Below are positions 1-10,447 of a stretch of DNA of 64,000 bases, in pieces; position 1 is the first letter of the stretch, and every line of letters begins with the position of its first letter. A model generated the notes under the pieces. It was not told the DNA's origin and made no database searches. It worked only from the letters and a program-made list of their open reading frames with translations. A program made the translations under genes and the position numbers. Source of the DNA: an uncultured Planctomycetaceae bacterium (lineage in GTDB: Bacteria > Planctomycetota > Planctomycetia > Planctomycetales > Planctomycetaceae); the NCBI GenBank assembly GCA_963976765.1, contig CAXBME010000001.1:1-64000 (forward strand). The letters run 5' to 3'.

Positions 1-54
1 CCGCTGCAAACTCAAATCCATCTACCCAAAGATTTTGCTCTGACGAAGCACTAG
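1..54. mobile_element. Putative end of an IS/MITE inserted at a CTAG site (runs off the left edge)
   Basis: Ends ...TGACGAAGCACTAG exactly where DUF1801-like similarity of the minus-strand gene stops (CCT-AG|). No transposase in the window, so the family cannot be assigned. Confidence 0.55.
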
Positions 55-208
55 GCTCCACGAAGAACGGAGTCCCCCACTTGATCGCCTCTTCAGCATC
101 CGGCGCGACGCTTTTGAGGATCGTATACAGCTGGTGCAGATGGGGCCGTCCGTCGGGCGGGGCCGCCTGAATGTACTCGGTGATCGTCGTCGGACGTTTG
201 TTGGCCAT
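53..208 (-). pseudogene. DUF1801 (YdhG-like) gene, 5' part, apparently interrupted
   Basis: ATG at 208 gives MANKRPTTITEYIQAAPPDGRPHLHQLYTILKSVAPDAEEAIKWGTPFFVEP (EYI...L..ap.aEE.IKWG.P pattern), then unrelated sequence after CTAG. Not in the ORF track. Confidence 0.65.
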
Positions 209-245
209 TTCTTGTTCTTCAGGTTCTGGTGCCGTCGTTTCGCGG

Positions 246-1700
246 CTAACCGAAAATTTCCATCACCGGTTGACCTTTGCCGTCTTCAGTGACGTAGAAC
301 GGGCGGCCTTCGATGTCGTAGGCCGTTTTCGGGCTGATGCCCATCGCGGTCATGATCGTTGCGTGAAGGTCAGTGACTGAAACGGGATTTTCGACGGCGA
401 TCAGAGGTCGCTCGTCGGCGGTTTTGCCGTAGAGGAATCCTTTCTTCACGCCGCCGCCGAACATCACCACGCTGGTTCCGCCGGTGAAGTGACGATGCAG
501 TCCGTAGTGCTTGGCCTCGGTAATCTCGTCAACTTTGAAGGTAGCCTGGTCGTTGGCGTTGGAGCCAGGCTTGCCTTCGATCAGTGCGTCGCGACTGAAT
601 TCGGAAGCGATAATTACCAGCGTTCGATCGAGCAGTCCGCTGGCTTCCAGATCGAGGACCAGTTGAGCGATCGGTCGATCCATTTCGCGGTGCATTCTGG
701 CCACCGTGTCGTGGCCGCTGTTGTGAGTATCCCAGTGCAGAAACGGGACGTATTCAGTGGTGACTTCGACAAACCGGGCGCCGGATTCGACGAGCCTCCT
801 GGCGAGCAGGCAGCCTCGACCAAAGCGACTGGTATCGTAAATTTCACGGCTCTCTTTGGGTTCGAGTTCGATGTCAAACGCTTCACGATCTTTCGAGCTG
901 AGCAGGCGGTACGCGTTTTCCAGGGAGCGGACCATCGATTCCTGCTGGTAGTCGCTGGCTCGATCTTTCAGCGGGCCGGTTTTAACGAGTTCCTTGAACA
1001 GTTTGTGCCGGTTGGAAAATCGTCCGGCAGTCATACCCTTTGGCGGCTGCACCGACTGCGATGCCTGCTCAGGGAAGGGTAGATTCATCGGTCCGAATTC
1101 GCTGCCGAAGAAGCCCGCCGTTGTGAAGGCTTTCAGTTCTTCCTTCTCGCCGACGCCTTCCAGTCGTTGTCCGATGTTGATGAACGGCGGGATGACAGGG
1201 TTCTTCGGTCCGAGAACTTTGGCCATCCACGCTCCAAGATGCGGGCAGGCGACGGTCTGAGGCGGCACATAACCGGTATGCCAGTGGTACTGGTGCCGCG
1301 AGTGCAGAATGCTGCCCAGGTCCGGCTGCACGGCTGAGCGAATCAGGGTTGCGCGGTCCATCACCTGGCCGATATTCTCAAGACCTTCGCAGATCTTGAT
1401 GTTGTCGACAGCGGTGTCGATCGCCGGAAAGGTACTCAGCATGCTGCTGACTTTGAGCCCCTTCTCAAACGGCGAATAGGTTTTTGGATCGAAGGTTTCC
1501 GGAGCCGCCATGCCTCCGCCCATCCAGATCAGGATGCACGAATCTGCGGTCGCTTCAGGCTGCTCGAAACCGTGCTCAGCAGCTGACAGCGTGCGAGGCT
1601 CACCAGCCAGCAGTGATGCGGCACCAGCGGCAGCGAGTTGTTTGACAAAGTCTCGCCGGACAATGTGTTCCGGTGTGGTAGGATCATGTTCGAGATTCAT
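246..1700 (-). CDS. DUF1501 domain protein with Tat signal
   Basis: VRRDFV Tat motif, LIWMGGG..ETFDPK, GCLLARRLVESGARFVEV, WDTH, SEFSR; downstream of a DUF1549/1553 gene. Confidence 0.92.
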   Translation of the reverse strand: MNLEHDPTTPEHIVRRDFVKQLAAAGAASLLAGEPRTLSAAEHGFEQPEATADSCILIWMGGGMAAPETFDPKTYSPFEKGLKVSSMLSTFPAIDTAVDNIKICEGLENIGQVMDRATLIRSAVQPDLGSILHSRHQYHWHTGYVPPQTVACPHLGAWMAKVLGPKNPVIPPFINIGQRLEGVGEKEELKAFTTAGFFGSEFGPMNLPFPEQASQSVQPPKGMTAGRFSNRHKLFKELVKTGPLKDRASDYQQESMVRSLENAYRLLSSKDREAFDIELEPKESREIYDTSRFGRGCLLARRLVESGARFVEVTTEYVPFLHWDTHNSGHDTVARMHREMDRPIAQLVLDLEASGLLDRTLVIIASEFSRDALIEGKPGSNANDQATFKVDEITEAKHYGLHRHFTGGTSVVMFGGGVKKGFLYGKTADERPLIAVENPVSVTDLHATIMTAMGISPKTAYDIEGRPFYVTEDGKGQPVMEIFG

Positions 1701-1746
1701 GGTTGTCTTTCAGCGATTTCGTTTATCGAATCAACAGAAATCATAC

Positions 1747-1872
1747 TTGTTCCTGCGCTCTGCGCGGGCACATTCCGTCGGACGCTCGGTGTCCTCTTGT
1801 TTTTCACCTGAAGGCTGACTTCAAGGCCGCGAAGCGTCGAAACGTCTCTTCCAACGCGGAGCATTGGAACGA
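1747..1872. repeat. Degenerate inverted REP-like pair (GTTCC..CGCTCxGCG..GGAAC type)
   Basis: ttgttcctgcgctctgcgcgggcaca ... ttccaacgcggagcattggaacga in the intergenic gap. Confidence 0.5.
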
Positions 1873-1916
1873 CGGCGATTACTCGTCTTTGTCTTTATCT
1901 TCTTTATCGAGTACTA

Positions 1917-4343
1917 CTATCGGATCAGTAGAAACTCAGGAGTCATGCACAAAGCCCAAAGCACATCTTCAATATTTTCCTGAGTGACTTTCTCACCAAA
2001 CAATTCCTGAACCATCTGAGACTCTTTCGGCAGAGGATCGCGCGTCAATGTTGCTGCGAAGAGGTACCTGACCAGCGCATCCGCGTCGGACCATTGCCTG
2101 TCGACGAGAAGCTGCCCTCCTTTTGCCAGAGCTTCCGCAACGCTCTGATTGTTGGAAAGGTCGATCGCTTCCAGAGTTGTCAGTTCGTTGGGGCGTGAGG
2201 AAACGATCTGATCACGGTTCGGGCGACCGAGGCTGCGCATCAGGAAATCACTTTTCAGCAGCGACGCTCGGACCATCAGTGCTGAGCCTCGAGATGCCTG
2301 CACAAGAAGTCTGGGCGCGACCGGATCAATGGCTTTCTTCCAGGGCTCGATGGGTGGCACAACCGTTACTGGCTGCCAGTTCAATTCCTGCAATGTCCAA
2401 CGCCGCACCGGAGCCTTTTCCGGAAACTTCGACGCGAACTGCCAGGAACTGTCTGACTTGATGGTGAGCGATTCTCCGTCTGCGAAATTGATCTTCGCTG
2501 CGAAGAACAGACCTGCGAGATTCGGTGCGTTGCCGGCGTTCTTCCCCAGAATGACGATCGTGTTTTCACCCTGTTTTAATGCAGTTGTGATTGTCGCCGC
2601 ACCGAGCTGTGTCCAGTCGTTGCCTCTAGCCAGCTCGTTCGAATTCACATGCAGGGCGAATTCGTTGTCGCAGGTAACAATCGCTCCTGCCGACTGAACA
2701 GGCTTGTCGATTTTAAACGTCGTGGAGAACGCGAGCTGCTCGCCGGCTGCCGGGACGCCTCCGTTGGAAGAGTCTCCCCAGATCCATTCTGCCGAAATTT
2801 TTGTCGCTGCGACTTCGGCAGGATCGACTTTACCTCGCGAGACTGGAGCGTCAAAGGTGGTCGGTGCCGAGTCGGTCAGTTGCCACAACGAATCGACAAA
2901 CTGCTCAGCGGTCATCCGTTTGGCCCGCGGACCGGCGAAGACGTATCCGGAAATATCGGCGTCCTGCGAGAGTGTTTCCGCTTCGGACTGATAGGTCTGA
3001 GAATTGGCGATCAGTGCAAGTACAGATTTCAAATCGTAAGCGTTGTCCTGAAGATGGGTTGCCAGGTAGTCAAGCAGGTCTTCGTTCCACGGTTCGGTCT
3101 GCATGGCATCGAGCGGGTGAACGATGCCCCGGCCCATCAACTGAGCCCACATCCGGTTCACGATCGTTCGTGTGAAGCGTCCATTTTCGGCATGCGTCAT
3201 CAAGTTGGCGAGTTGCGAAAGACGTTCCGCTGGCGGAGCAGCTGTGTCAACCTGTCCGAGTTCCGGAAACAGCCACGAGGCTTTCGCGGTCTCCCCCGTT
3301 GGCTTGTCGCAGCGAAAAATGTCGAGCGGTCGGCTGGAGTAAATGGCCGCCAGCCCGTACGCCTCGCTGAGTTTCCAGCGGTCGATAAAACTGTCGTGGC
3401 ACGAGGCGCACTTCATGTTGATACCGAGAAACGACTGAGCCACGCTTTGAGCAAACTGAATTTCAATCGTCTGTCCTGCGCTGACTTCGCCTCGCCACTT
3501 GATCCCGTCGATGTAGCCGCGACTTGCCGGCGTCGGTGGGGCAATCAACTCTCTCGCCATTTGATCGTAAGGTTTGTTATTGATCAGTGACTCGTACAGC
3601 CAGCCGCTGACCTGCTGACGTCCTCCGGTGATGAACCCGGTTCCTCCGTAGTCATTGCGGAGGAGATCGTTCCAGAAGGTGAGCCAGTGCTCGGTGTAGC
3701 GAAGCTCGTCCGCGAGCAAAGCACCGATCATCTTCGCCCGTTTGTTCGGCGCACGATCCGCGAGAAACTCGTCCAGCTCCTTCGGCGTGGGCAACAGACC
3801 GACCAGATCGAGGTGGGCTCGTCGCAGGAACGCGGCATCGCTGATGGCTGCCGGACGCGGCTGCGAGTTTTTCGCGAAGTAAGCATCGACGATTCGGTCA
3901 ACCGGGTTAGCTCGGCCTTTGACGACGGGCGGCAGCTCGGGGCGACGGGGACGCAACGGCGGCTCGTACAGATCCGCCGCGAACGTAAATCCATCGTCCC
4001 ACTTCATGCCGTCGGCGATCCAGGCTTTCAACAGGACGACCTGCTCGCCCGGAACTCGAGGTTTGCCTTTCGGAGGCATCTGAACATCAGGATCGGTCGA
4101 CGAGACCAGTTCGAGAAAGTGCGACTCGTCCGGTTTGCCCGGAACGGCCATCATGTCTTCCAGAAACAGCTCGCGAGTGTTCAGAGAAAAGCCGCCCTTG
4201 GCGTTCTCGGCACCGTGACATTCGACACAGTGCCGCTTCAGAATCGGGGCGATCTGATGCGAAAAGTCGAGCGGCTTCTGCTGAGCATGCGAGTCGGCTA
4301 CGAGCGAAAAACCGACTGCAATAATGATGATTCTCTTGATCAT
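1917..4343 (-). CDS. Planctomycete cytochrome c / DUF1549 / DUF1553 (PSD1) protein
   Basis: Signal peptide from MIKRIIII (ATG 4343), CVECH and CASCH haem motifs, NPVDRI, FLRRAHLDLVGLLPT, IVNRMWAQLMGRGIV; internal AEWIW beta-sandwich-like insert. Confidence 0.92.
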   Translation of the reverse strand: MIKRIIIIAVGFSLVADSHAQQKPLDFSHQIAPILKRHCVECHGAENAKGGFSLNTRELFLEDMMAVPGKPDESHFLELVSSTDPDVQMPPKGKPRVPGEQVVLLKAWIADGMKWDDGFTFAADLYEPPLRPRRPELPPVVKGRANPVDRIVDAYFAKNSQPRPAAISDAAFLRRAHLDLVGLLPTPKELDEFLADRAPNKRAKMIGALLADELRYTEHWLTFWNDLLRNDYGGTGFITGGRQQVSGWLYESLINNKPYDQMARELIAPPTPASRGYIDGIKWRGEVSAGQTIEIQFAQSVAQSFLGINMKCASCHDSFIDRWKLSEAYGLAAIYSSRPLDIFRCDKPTGETAKASWLFPELGQVDTAAPPAERLSQLANLMTHAENGRFTRTIVNRMWAQLMGRGIVHPLDAMQTEPWNEDLLDYLATHLQDNAYDLKSVLALIANSQTYQSEAETLSQDADISGYVFAGPRAKRMTAEQFVDSLWQLTDSAPTTFDAPVSRGKVDPAEVAATKISAEWIWGDSSNGGVPAAGEQLAFSTTFKIDKPVQSAGAIVTCDNEFALHVNSNELARGNDWTQLGAATITTALKQGENTIVILGKNAGNAPNLAGLFFAAKINFADGESLTIKSDSSWQFASKFPEKAPVRRWTLQELNWQPVTVVPPIEPWKKAIDPVAPRLLVQASRGSALMVRASLLKSDFLMRSLGRPNRDQIVSSRPNELTTLEAIDLSNNQSVAEALAKGGQLLVDRQWSDADALVRYLFAATLTRDPLPKESQMVQELFGEKVTQENIEDVLWALCMTPEFLLIR

Positions 4344-4354
4344 TCTGACGTTTG

Positions 4355-4442
4355 AACGCAGAGATCGCAGAGGATGAAAGACGCAGAGGCAAGGGAGAAC
4401 GCTCCTTTTTTCTCTGCGAGGCCTCAGTCGCTTCTGCGTTCC
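4355..4442. repeat. Intergenic inverted repeat of CGCAGAG-type short units
   Basis: aacgcagagatcgcagag...acgcagag versus ctctgcg...tctgcgtt; related to 7254-7322. Confidence 0.5.
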
Positions 4443-4641
4443 TTTCTCTTCGAAAACAAAATCAGCGGCGAACGGCCTCAGCCGGAACTTCGAACTTTTC
4501 ACCAGTATGGCGAGACCGGCCAATGCGTCAAATCGTTAATTCCCGTCGAGGAAACCGGCGGATCCGCGACCGGTTTGATGCCGAACCGCGTGACACTATC
4601 ATGCCGCGACTTCTGATCACAGTTGCCTCGGAAACGCCCCT

Positions 4642-7245
4642 ATGAAAACTGACGAACTCCGCGAAAAGTACCTCGCTTTCTTCGAATCCAAAGGCTGCGT
4701 TCGCCGCCCCAGCGACGTCCTCGTCCCGCAAGGCGATAAGACGGTGTTGTTCACACCGGCCGGGATGAACCAGTTCAAGAACGAATTCATGGGCATTGGC
4801 CCGCTGGATTTCACGCGGGCGACGACCTGCCAGAAGTGCATCCGGACAGGCGACATCGGCAACGTCGGGGTCACGGCATACCACCATACGTTCTTCGAAA
4901 TGCTCGGCAACTTTTCGTTTGGCGACTATTTCAAGAAGGAAGCTATCCACTGGGCCTGGGAATTCCTGACCGACCCGAAATGGCTGGGGCTGGCTCCCGA
5001 ACGACTTTCGATCACCGTCTACCTGGACGACGACGAAGCCTACAAAATCTGGAATGAAGAAGTCGGAGTCCCGGCCGAACGGATCACGCGAGAGGACGAG
5101 GGCGAAAACTTCTGGCCAGCGAGTGCTCCGTCGCAAGGGCCGGACGGTGTCTGCGGACCGTGTTCCGAGATTTACTACACCCCCGACGACGGCAACAAAG
5201 TCGAGATCTGGAATCTGGTATTCACGCAGTTCAACCGAGTCGGCGATCCGCCCGACAATCTGAATCCGCTACCGAACAAGAATATCGACACCGGGATGGG
5301 GCTTGAGCGAACCGCCGCCGTTCTGCAGGGAGTCGTCAGCAACTTCGAAATCGACACACTGCGTCCGCTGTGCGAAGCCGCCGGCAAAGTTGTCGGCGTC
5401 AAATACGAATTCAAAGGCAAAGAGGGGCGAGCGATTCGCCGCATTGTCGACCACGTTCGCGCCGCCGTGTTCGCCATTCACGAAGGTGTCGCACCGGGCA
5501 GCAACGGAGCGTCGTACATCATTCGTCTGTTACTCAGGCGAGCCTGCCTGGAAGGATACCTCCTTGGCAAACGCGAACCGTTTCTGAATGAGTTCGCTCC
5601 GGCCGTCATCAACGTCATGAAGGTTCCTTATCCGGACCTGGTTCACACACTGCGAAGCGTCGTCGACACGATTTATGAGGAAGAGTCTGCCTTCCTGGGG
5701 ACGATCGAGCGAGGCTTGTCGAAGTTCAACAAGCTGGTCGAAAAGGCTGGCAAAGGCGGAGTTCTGGCGGGGCATGCGGTCTTCGATCTCCACCAGACCG
5801 ACGGCTTCGTACTCGACCTGACGACGGCTCTCGCCGAGGATCGGGGCCTGACGATTGACATGGACGGATACCGTGTCGCCGAAGAAGAACACCGGCAGAA
5901 AAGCGGCACGGGTAGCTGGGGAGTCATGGCCGCCGGGCCGCTCGACGCTATCCGCCAGAAAAATGGCGACACAGAATTTCTCGCGTATGAAGCCACGAGT
6001 GCTGAAGCAACGGTCGTCGGAATCGTGGTCGAAGGTGTTGCCGTCGAGTCTGCGAAAGACGGCGAGTCGCTGATCGATGTCGTGCTGGACCGTTCGCCGT
6101 TTTATGGCGAGTCCGGCGGGCAGGTCGGCGATACCGGCTGGGTATCGGGCGGCGGAGCTGATTTTGAAGTTCTGGACGCTCAAAAGCACGCTGGCCTGGT
6201 CGTGCACCGTGGCAAACTGAACGCGGGCACGCTCAAAGTGGGGCAATCAGTCACCGCAGAAGTCACGCTTGACCGACGAGCCGGCATTCAGCGAGCACAC
6301 TCGGCCACTCACCTGCTTCATCACGCGCTGCACACCGTTCTGGGTGATCACGCCGTACAGCGAGGCTCGAAAGTTGAAGACGACATTCTCCGTTTTGACT
6401 TTTCACACGGAGCGGCTGTTACGTCTGAAGAGCTGCTGAAGATTGAAGACATCATCAACGACCGAATCTCCGAAGGAGCGGCGGTCGAGATCAACTTCAT
6501 GTCGAAAGAAGAAGCTCAAGCTGGCGGCGCGATGGCACTGTTTGGCGAGAAATATCCCGATCGGGTTCGCGTCGTCACGATGGGCGACTACAGCAAGGAA
6601 CTCTGCGGCGGCACACACCTCAAGAATACCGGACAGGTTGGTCTGTGCCGGATTGTCAGCGAGGAAAACGTCGCGGCTGGAGTCCGCAGAATTGTCGCCA
6701 CGACCGGTCGTGAAGCGCTGAAGCGAGTTCGAGAGACAGACTCGCTGGTTAAGGAAATCACCGTTTCTCTGAAGACTCAGCCGCAGGAACTTCTGCGTCG
6801 AATTCAGCAGTTGCAGGACGAAATTCGCGACGCTCGCAAAGAACTTTCGAAGCAGGCTTCGCAGTCAATCAGCGGAGCGGTCGACGATCTCGTCGCCAAT
6901 GCGGAAGTCGTCGACGGTGTGAAGATTATCACTCACCTGGCAACGGGTCTGGACCGCGACGGCCTGCGGGAGTTTGCTGACAAGCTGCGAGGCAAAGCCG
7001 GATCTGCGGCTGTGCTGCTCGGCATGGAAGTCGATGGAAAAGTAGCGTTGCTGGCTGCCGTGACCAAAGACGTCATCGCCAAAGGCGCCAGGGCTGGCGA
7101 CTGCGTCCGCGAAGCTGCCAAAGCAGTTGGCGGTGGCGGAGGTGGGCGCCCCGACCTCGCCGAAGCTGGAGGCAAGAATCCGGACAAACTTCCAGAAGCA
7201 CTGAAGGCAGGAGCCGAAGTCTTCCGGAAGGCACTCGGCGGATAA
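4642..7245 (+). CDS. alaS: Alanine--tRNA ligase
   Basis: [46 protein letters not shown] editing motif, [21 protein letters not shown]. Confidence 0.99.
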   Translation: MKTDELREKYLAFFESKGCVRRPSDVLVPQGDKTVLFTPAGMNQFKNEFMGIGPLDFTRATTCQKCIRTGDIGNVGVTAYHHTFFEMLGNFSFGDYFKKEAIHWAWEFLTDPKWLGLAPERLSITVYLDDDEAYKIWNEEVGVPAERITREDEGENFWPASAPSQGPDGVCGPCSEIYYTPDDGNKVEIWNLVFTQFNRVGDPPDNLNPLPNKNIDTGMGLERTAAVLQGVVSNFEIDTLRPLCEAAGKVVGVKYEFKGKEGRAIRRIVDHVRAAVFAIHEGVAPGSNGASYIIRLLLRRACLEGYLLGKREPFLNEFAPAVINVMKVPYPDLVHTLRSVVDTIYEEESAFLGTIERGLSKFNKLVEKAGKGGVLAGHAVFDLHQTDGFVLDLTTALAEDRGLTIDMDGYRVAEEEHRQKSGTGSWGVMAAGPLDAIRQKNGDTEFLAYEATSAEATVVGIVVEGVAVESAKDGESLIDVVLDRSPFYGESGGQVGDTGWVSGGGADFEVLDAQKHAGLVVHRGKLNAGTLKVGQSVTAEVTLDRRAGIQRAHSATHLLHHALHTVLGDHAVQRGSKVEDDILRFDFSHGAAVTSEELLKIEDIINDRISEGAAVEINFMSKEEAQAGGAMALFGEKYPDRVRVVTMGDYSKELCGGTHLKNTGQVGLCRIVSEENVAAGVRRIVATTGREALKRVRETDSLVKEITVSLKTQPQELLRRIQQLQDEIRDARKELSKQASQSISGAVDDLVANAEVVDGVKIITHLATGLDRDGLREFADKLRGKAGSAAVLLGMEVDGKVALLAAVTKDVIAKGARAGDCVREAAKAVGGGGGGRPDLAEAGGKNPDKLPEALKAGAEVFRKALGG

Positions 7246-7253
7246 TTATCTTT

Positions 7254-7322
7254 GGCCGCGTATTTACGCAGATGGCCGCAGATGGTTTTGAAATCTGCGT
7301 TTATCGGTGCCGATCTGCGGCC
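7254..7322. repeat. Intergenic inverted repeat of CGCAGAT-type short units
   Basis: ggccgcgtatttacgcagatggccgcagat ... atctgcgtttatcggtgccgatctgcggcc directly after alaS. Confidence 0.55.
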
Positions 7323-7379
7323 TTATTTTTGTCGGCGTAACTGAGCAGGACGAACCCTGCAGTCGGAGTGAGGCCAGAG

Positions 7380-8159
7380 ATGACTTCAGGAAAATCGGTT
7401 GCACTCATCACTGGCGGGGCGAGAGGGATCGGGCTGGGGATTGCGAAGTCGCTGGCCGCTGACGGGTACTCGCTGGCGTTGAACGGAGTCCGCCCGGAAG
7501 ACCAGGTCGAGGATGTGCTTGCCACATTTCGCGACGCCGGAACTGAGGTCGTCTATTGCCAGGGAGACGTTGGTTCGGCTGAAGATCGCAAAGTAATCAT
7601 CGACAGGATTCGCAGCGAGTTCGGTCGACTGGACGTGCTGATCAACAATGCCGGAATCACGTCTCCCGGTCGGAAAGATCTGCTTGAAGCCGACGAAGAG
7701 AGTTTCGACCGGGTTGTCGCCGTCAACTTGAAGGGACCGTACTTCCTGACGCAGCTCGCGGCACGGTTTATGATCGAACTGCGTGAGGCCGGGGTTGAAG
7801 CCGAGCCTTGCGTTGTCAACATCTCGTCGATTTCGGCGGAGTTTGTCTCGACGAACCGCGGCGACTATTGCCTGACAAAAGCCGCGACCGGCATGGCGAC
7901 AAAGCTGTGGGCCACTCGCCTGGCTGAATTCGGCATTCGGGTTTATGAAATTCAGCCGGGCATCATCCGGTCGGACATGACGTCTGGAGTGACGGAAAAA
8001 TACGACCGCCTGCTTGAAGACGGCCTGGCTCTCGAACAACGCTGGGGCGAACCGGAAGACATCGGCCGTGCCATCGCGACGCTCGTCCGAGGCGACATTC
8101 CCTACGCGACGGGACAAGTTCTGTACCTCGACGGCGGCCTGCGAATTCCGAGGCTGTAA
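7380..8159 (+). CDS. SDR family oxidoreductase (3-ketoacyl-ACP reductase-like)
   Basis: TGGARGIG, NNAG, YCLTK catalytic motif, PGIIRSDM. Confidence 0.93.
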   Translation: MTSGKSVALITGGARGIGLGIAKSLAADGYSLALNGVRPEDQVEDVLATFRDAGTEVVYCQGDVGSAEDRKVIIDRIRSEFGRLDVLINNAGITSPGRKDLLEADEESFDRVVAVNLKGPYFLTQLAARFMIELREAGVEAEPCVVNISSISAEFVSTNRGDYCLTKAATGMATKLWATRLAEFGIRVYEIQPGIIRSDMTSGVTEKYDRLLEDGLALEQRWGEPEDIGRAIATLVRGDIPYATGQVLYLDGGLRIPRL

Positions 8160-8176
8160 TCGCTTGTTGATTTCGC

Positions 8177-8248
8177 GTGCCACTGGCTCTGCCAGTGTTT
8201 TACGAATTGGCTCAGTGGGAACTTATGCACTGGCAAAGCCAGTGGCAC
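8177..8248. repeat. Inverted REP pair GTGCCACTGGCTxTGCCAGTG
   Basis: gtgccactggctctgccagtg ... cactggcaaagccagtggcac. Confidence 0.75.
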
Positions 8249-8320
8249 ACGGCCAGACCTCAAAATGGTACGCCGGAGCAGAGCTCGACATGCTCTGCGA
8301 AAACCGAAGCGTCGGGTGCG

Positions 8321-8362
8321 AAAACAGCTTTGTGGTCGACTCGAAAGACGACCACAAAGCTG
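8321..8362 (-). terminator. Rho-independent terminator
   Basis: Perfect 14-bp stem cagctttgtggtcg/cgaccacaaagctg followed by TTTT on the minus strand, 26 nt after the stop at 8388. Confidence 0.7.
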
Positions 8363-8387
8363 ATAGTTACTGGCGGCAGCATTGAAG

Positions 8388-9506
8388 TTACGGAAGTTCG
8401 ACCGTCTTCAGGTGCATGGCTCCGTTTTCGGACTGAATCAGGACGACGGCGGTAGTGTCGTTCAGTTTGTCGAGCTGCACGACGCCTTGCAGCGACGCGA
8501 TCGTGTCGTACGTTTGTCCGGCCGTGTCGGCAACTCTTGAGCTGATGCCTTCGCGAGTGGCGATGTCCTCGGTGCTGATTTTCATGACGCCGCGAGCGCT
8601 GTTGGCCAGCAGCAGAAAATCCTTGCCGCCTTTTTCGTAGACGATCATATCGAGTGGTCGGTTGCGATTGCCGAGTTCAGCGACCGTGGTGCCGACCGTT
8701 TTCTCACCAGCCTTCAGGCTCGACAGCGGAAACTTGACGAGCGGCGTGCAGACATAACCGGCCAGCAGAGTTGGTTCGCCGTTAATGTTGAACGGGACGA
8801 ACGTACGAATCGCCGATCCATCTTCAACGCGACCGTGTGCGCCGTGAAAAATTTCGATTCGCGAGCCTTGATCCGCTTCGGCAAACGGGAAAGCGATTTC
8901 GCGAACCGTCGAACCCGTGCGGCCTTCACTTCCGGCGGTGAGTCCTGAGACGATGACCCTCCCGTCAACGTAGGCGAGGTCAGTGATGGTGTCGTCCCGC
9001 GAGTTTCTCGGCCCGCGTCGAGACGGGATCGCTTTGTCCTCGGGGGCGTTGGGCAGGTCGACTTTCGAAAACGGGACTTTGCTCAACGAGACTTCGCTGA
9101 ACGCGCCTTTGGCGTCAACTCTGACAAGCGCTGGCGTGGCGTCCGAGCCGCTGCCTTTTGTGACGGCCAGGAACGTCTGCCCTGACGATGGATTCACGGC
9201 GAGGTCGTTGACCGTTACATCTTTTGCAGAGACGTTGAGTGCCTTTGCTACCTGATCGGCAACACCTGCGACATCCAGAGTGACTCCAGCTGCCTTGCCT
9301 TTGGCGTCGCCGGTGTCGATCGCAAAGACGGCGGCTCCTTTCTGGTCCCCGACGAAAATGATTCCGTCCGGTCCGAACGCCAGCGTGCCTGCCGACTTCA
9401 GGTCAGGAGTTCCCTCTTTCAACTGCCAGAGGTTCGCGGCATTTCCAACCGACGACACGGTCAGTGCCGTCAGTAAAGCGACGGTGGTAAGCAGATGCTT
9501 CTTCAT
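8388..9506 (-). CDS. Secreted hypothetical protein, probably beta-propeller-like
   Basis: GGAG SD, Sec signal MKKHLL...NA/A, repeated LAFGPDG, LAVNP and LAYVDG blade-like motifs. Confidence 0.8.
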   Translation of the reverse strand: MKKHLLTTVALLTALTVSSVGNAANLWQLKEGTPDLKSAGTLAFGPDGIIFVGDQKGAAVFAIDTGDAKGKAAGVTLDVAGVADQVAKALNVSAKDVTVNDLAVNPSSGQTFLAVTKGSGSDATPALVRVDAKGAFSEVSLSKVPFSKVDLPNAPEDKAIPSRRGPRNSRDDTITDLAYVDGRVIVSGLTAGSEGRTGSTVREIAFPFAEADQGSRIEIFHGAHGRVEDGSAIRTFVPFNINGEPTLLAGYVCTPLVKFPLSSLKAGEKTVGTTVAELGNRNRPLDMIVYEKGGKDFLLLANSARGVMKISTEDIATREGISSRVADTAGQTYDTIASLQGVVQLDKLNDTTAVVLIQSENGAMHLKTVELP

Positions 9507-9615
9507 GCTCGTATTCTCCAAAAAGATTAGGGGCAACTCGGCAGAGTTGATCGGTAACGTCCATACAGAGTTCTGCCAAACTGGTACGATTTTCCACACA
9601 ACGCGTGTCAATTGA

Positions 9616-9773
9616 GCAGGTCAGGCTCTGCCTGACGAAAGTTATTGGCGGGAGATGCCAACCACGAAAGACACGAAATTGGCGAAAACTGATCAAAGAC
9701 ACGTTTCCTGGTGGAATGCAGGCCTCGATGCATTTCATCAATGCCTATTCGGATAATTGGTGTTTTCGCGGTT
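9616..9773. repeat. REP unit GCAGGTCAGGCTCTGCCTGAC plus ACGAAA-type inverted repeat
   Basis: 9616-9636 matches the units at 56220-56305; accacgaaagacacgaaa ... ttttcgcggtt at 9660-9773. Confidence 0.5.
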
Positions 9774-9807
9774 GCTCAATATGAGCTGCTCGGATGAAGA
9801 AACTTCG

Positions 9808-10308
9808 TCAGTTGGAACCTGACCTACGGTTTTTCAGCAGCGACTGGAGCACAGATTGCGAGACTCGTCCTCCGGCTGCAAGCGTCACGCGGCGAGTCAG
9901 CTCGCCCGTGATTTCAAAGGTGATCGTCAGCCGGTCTCTGGGGAGCACTTCTTCCATGCGGTCCGCCCATTCGATGAAGCAGACACCGTAGCCGGACATG
10001 TACTCGTCCGCTCCGAGTTCCAGGAACTCGTCGATGTCGCCCAGCCGGTAAGTGTCAAAGTGGTAGACCGGCAACCGCCCTTCATATTCGTGAATCAGGA
10101 CGAAGGTCGGGCTGTTGACGGCTTCGCGCGGAATGTCGAGCCCCTCGGCGGCGGCCTGGACGAACCGGGTTTTTCCCGCGCCAAGGTTCCCTGCCAGCGC
10201 GACGACAAGCCCCGGCAACGCGGCTTCTCCCAGTGCTCGGCCAAGCTGCTGTGTCTCGGCTTCGCTGGAAAGGTCGAAGGTGATTTCTGGTGGAATTTCA
10301 GTGGGCAT
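9808..10308 (-). CDS. tsaE: tRNA t6A biosynthesis ATPase TsaE
   Basis: GNLGAGKT, SPTFVLIHEY, HFDTYRL, IEWA. Confidence 0.96.
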   Translation of the reverse strand: MPTEIPPEITFDLSSEAETQQLGRALGEAALPGLVVALAGNLGAGKTRFVQAAAEGLDIPREAVNSPTFVLIHEYEGRLPVYHFDTYRLGDIDEFLELGADEYMSGYGVCFIEWADRMEEVLPRDRLTITFEITGELTRRVTLAAGGRVSQSVLQSLLKNRRSGSN

Positions 10309-10447
10309 GATGTGCGAAGGATATCGTTCGAGTTGACACATGCCACTTTGGACAAAGCGACCGGCAGGCTGTCGGTCGTTTTCGGTGGCAGATCACAGAG
10401 CGATCTCCCAGGATTCAGGGGACCATTTCACACCGATGGAGTCACTC

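Noticed and set aside
4344..4523. 60-aa N-terminal extension of the DUF1549 ORF (similar extensions at 9611, 10340, 21799, 23760, 30049, 30113)
   Set aside because: It crosses an intergenic repeat; signal peptides or family N-termini favour the downstream starts used
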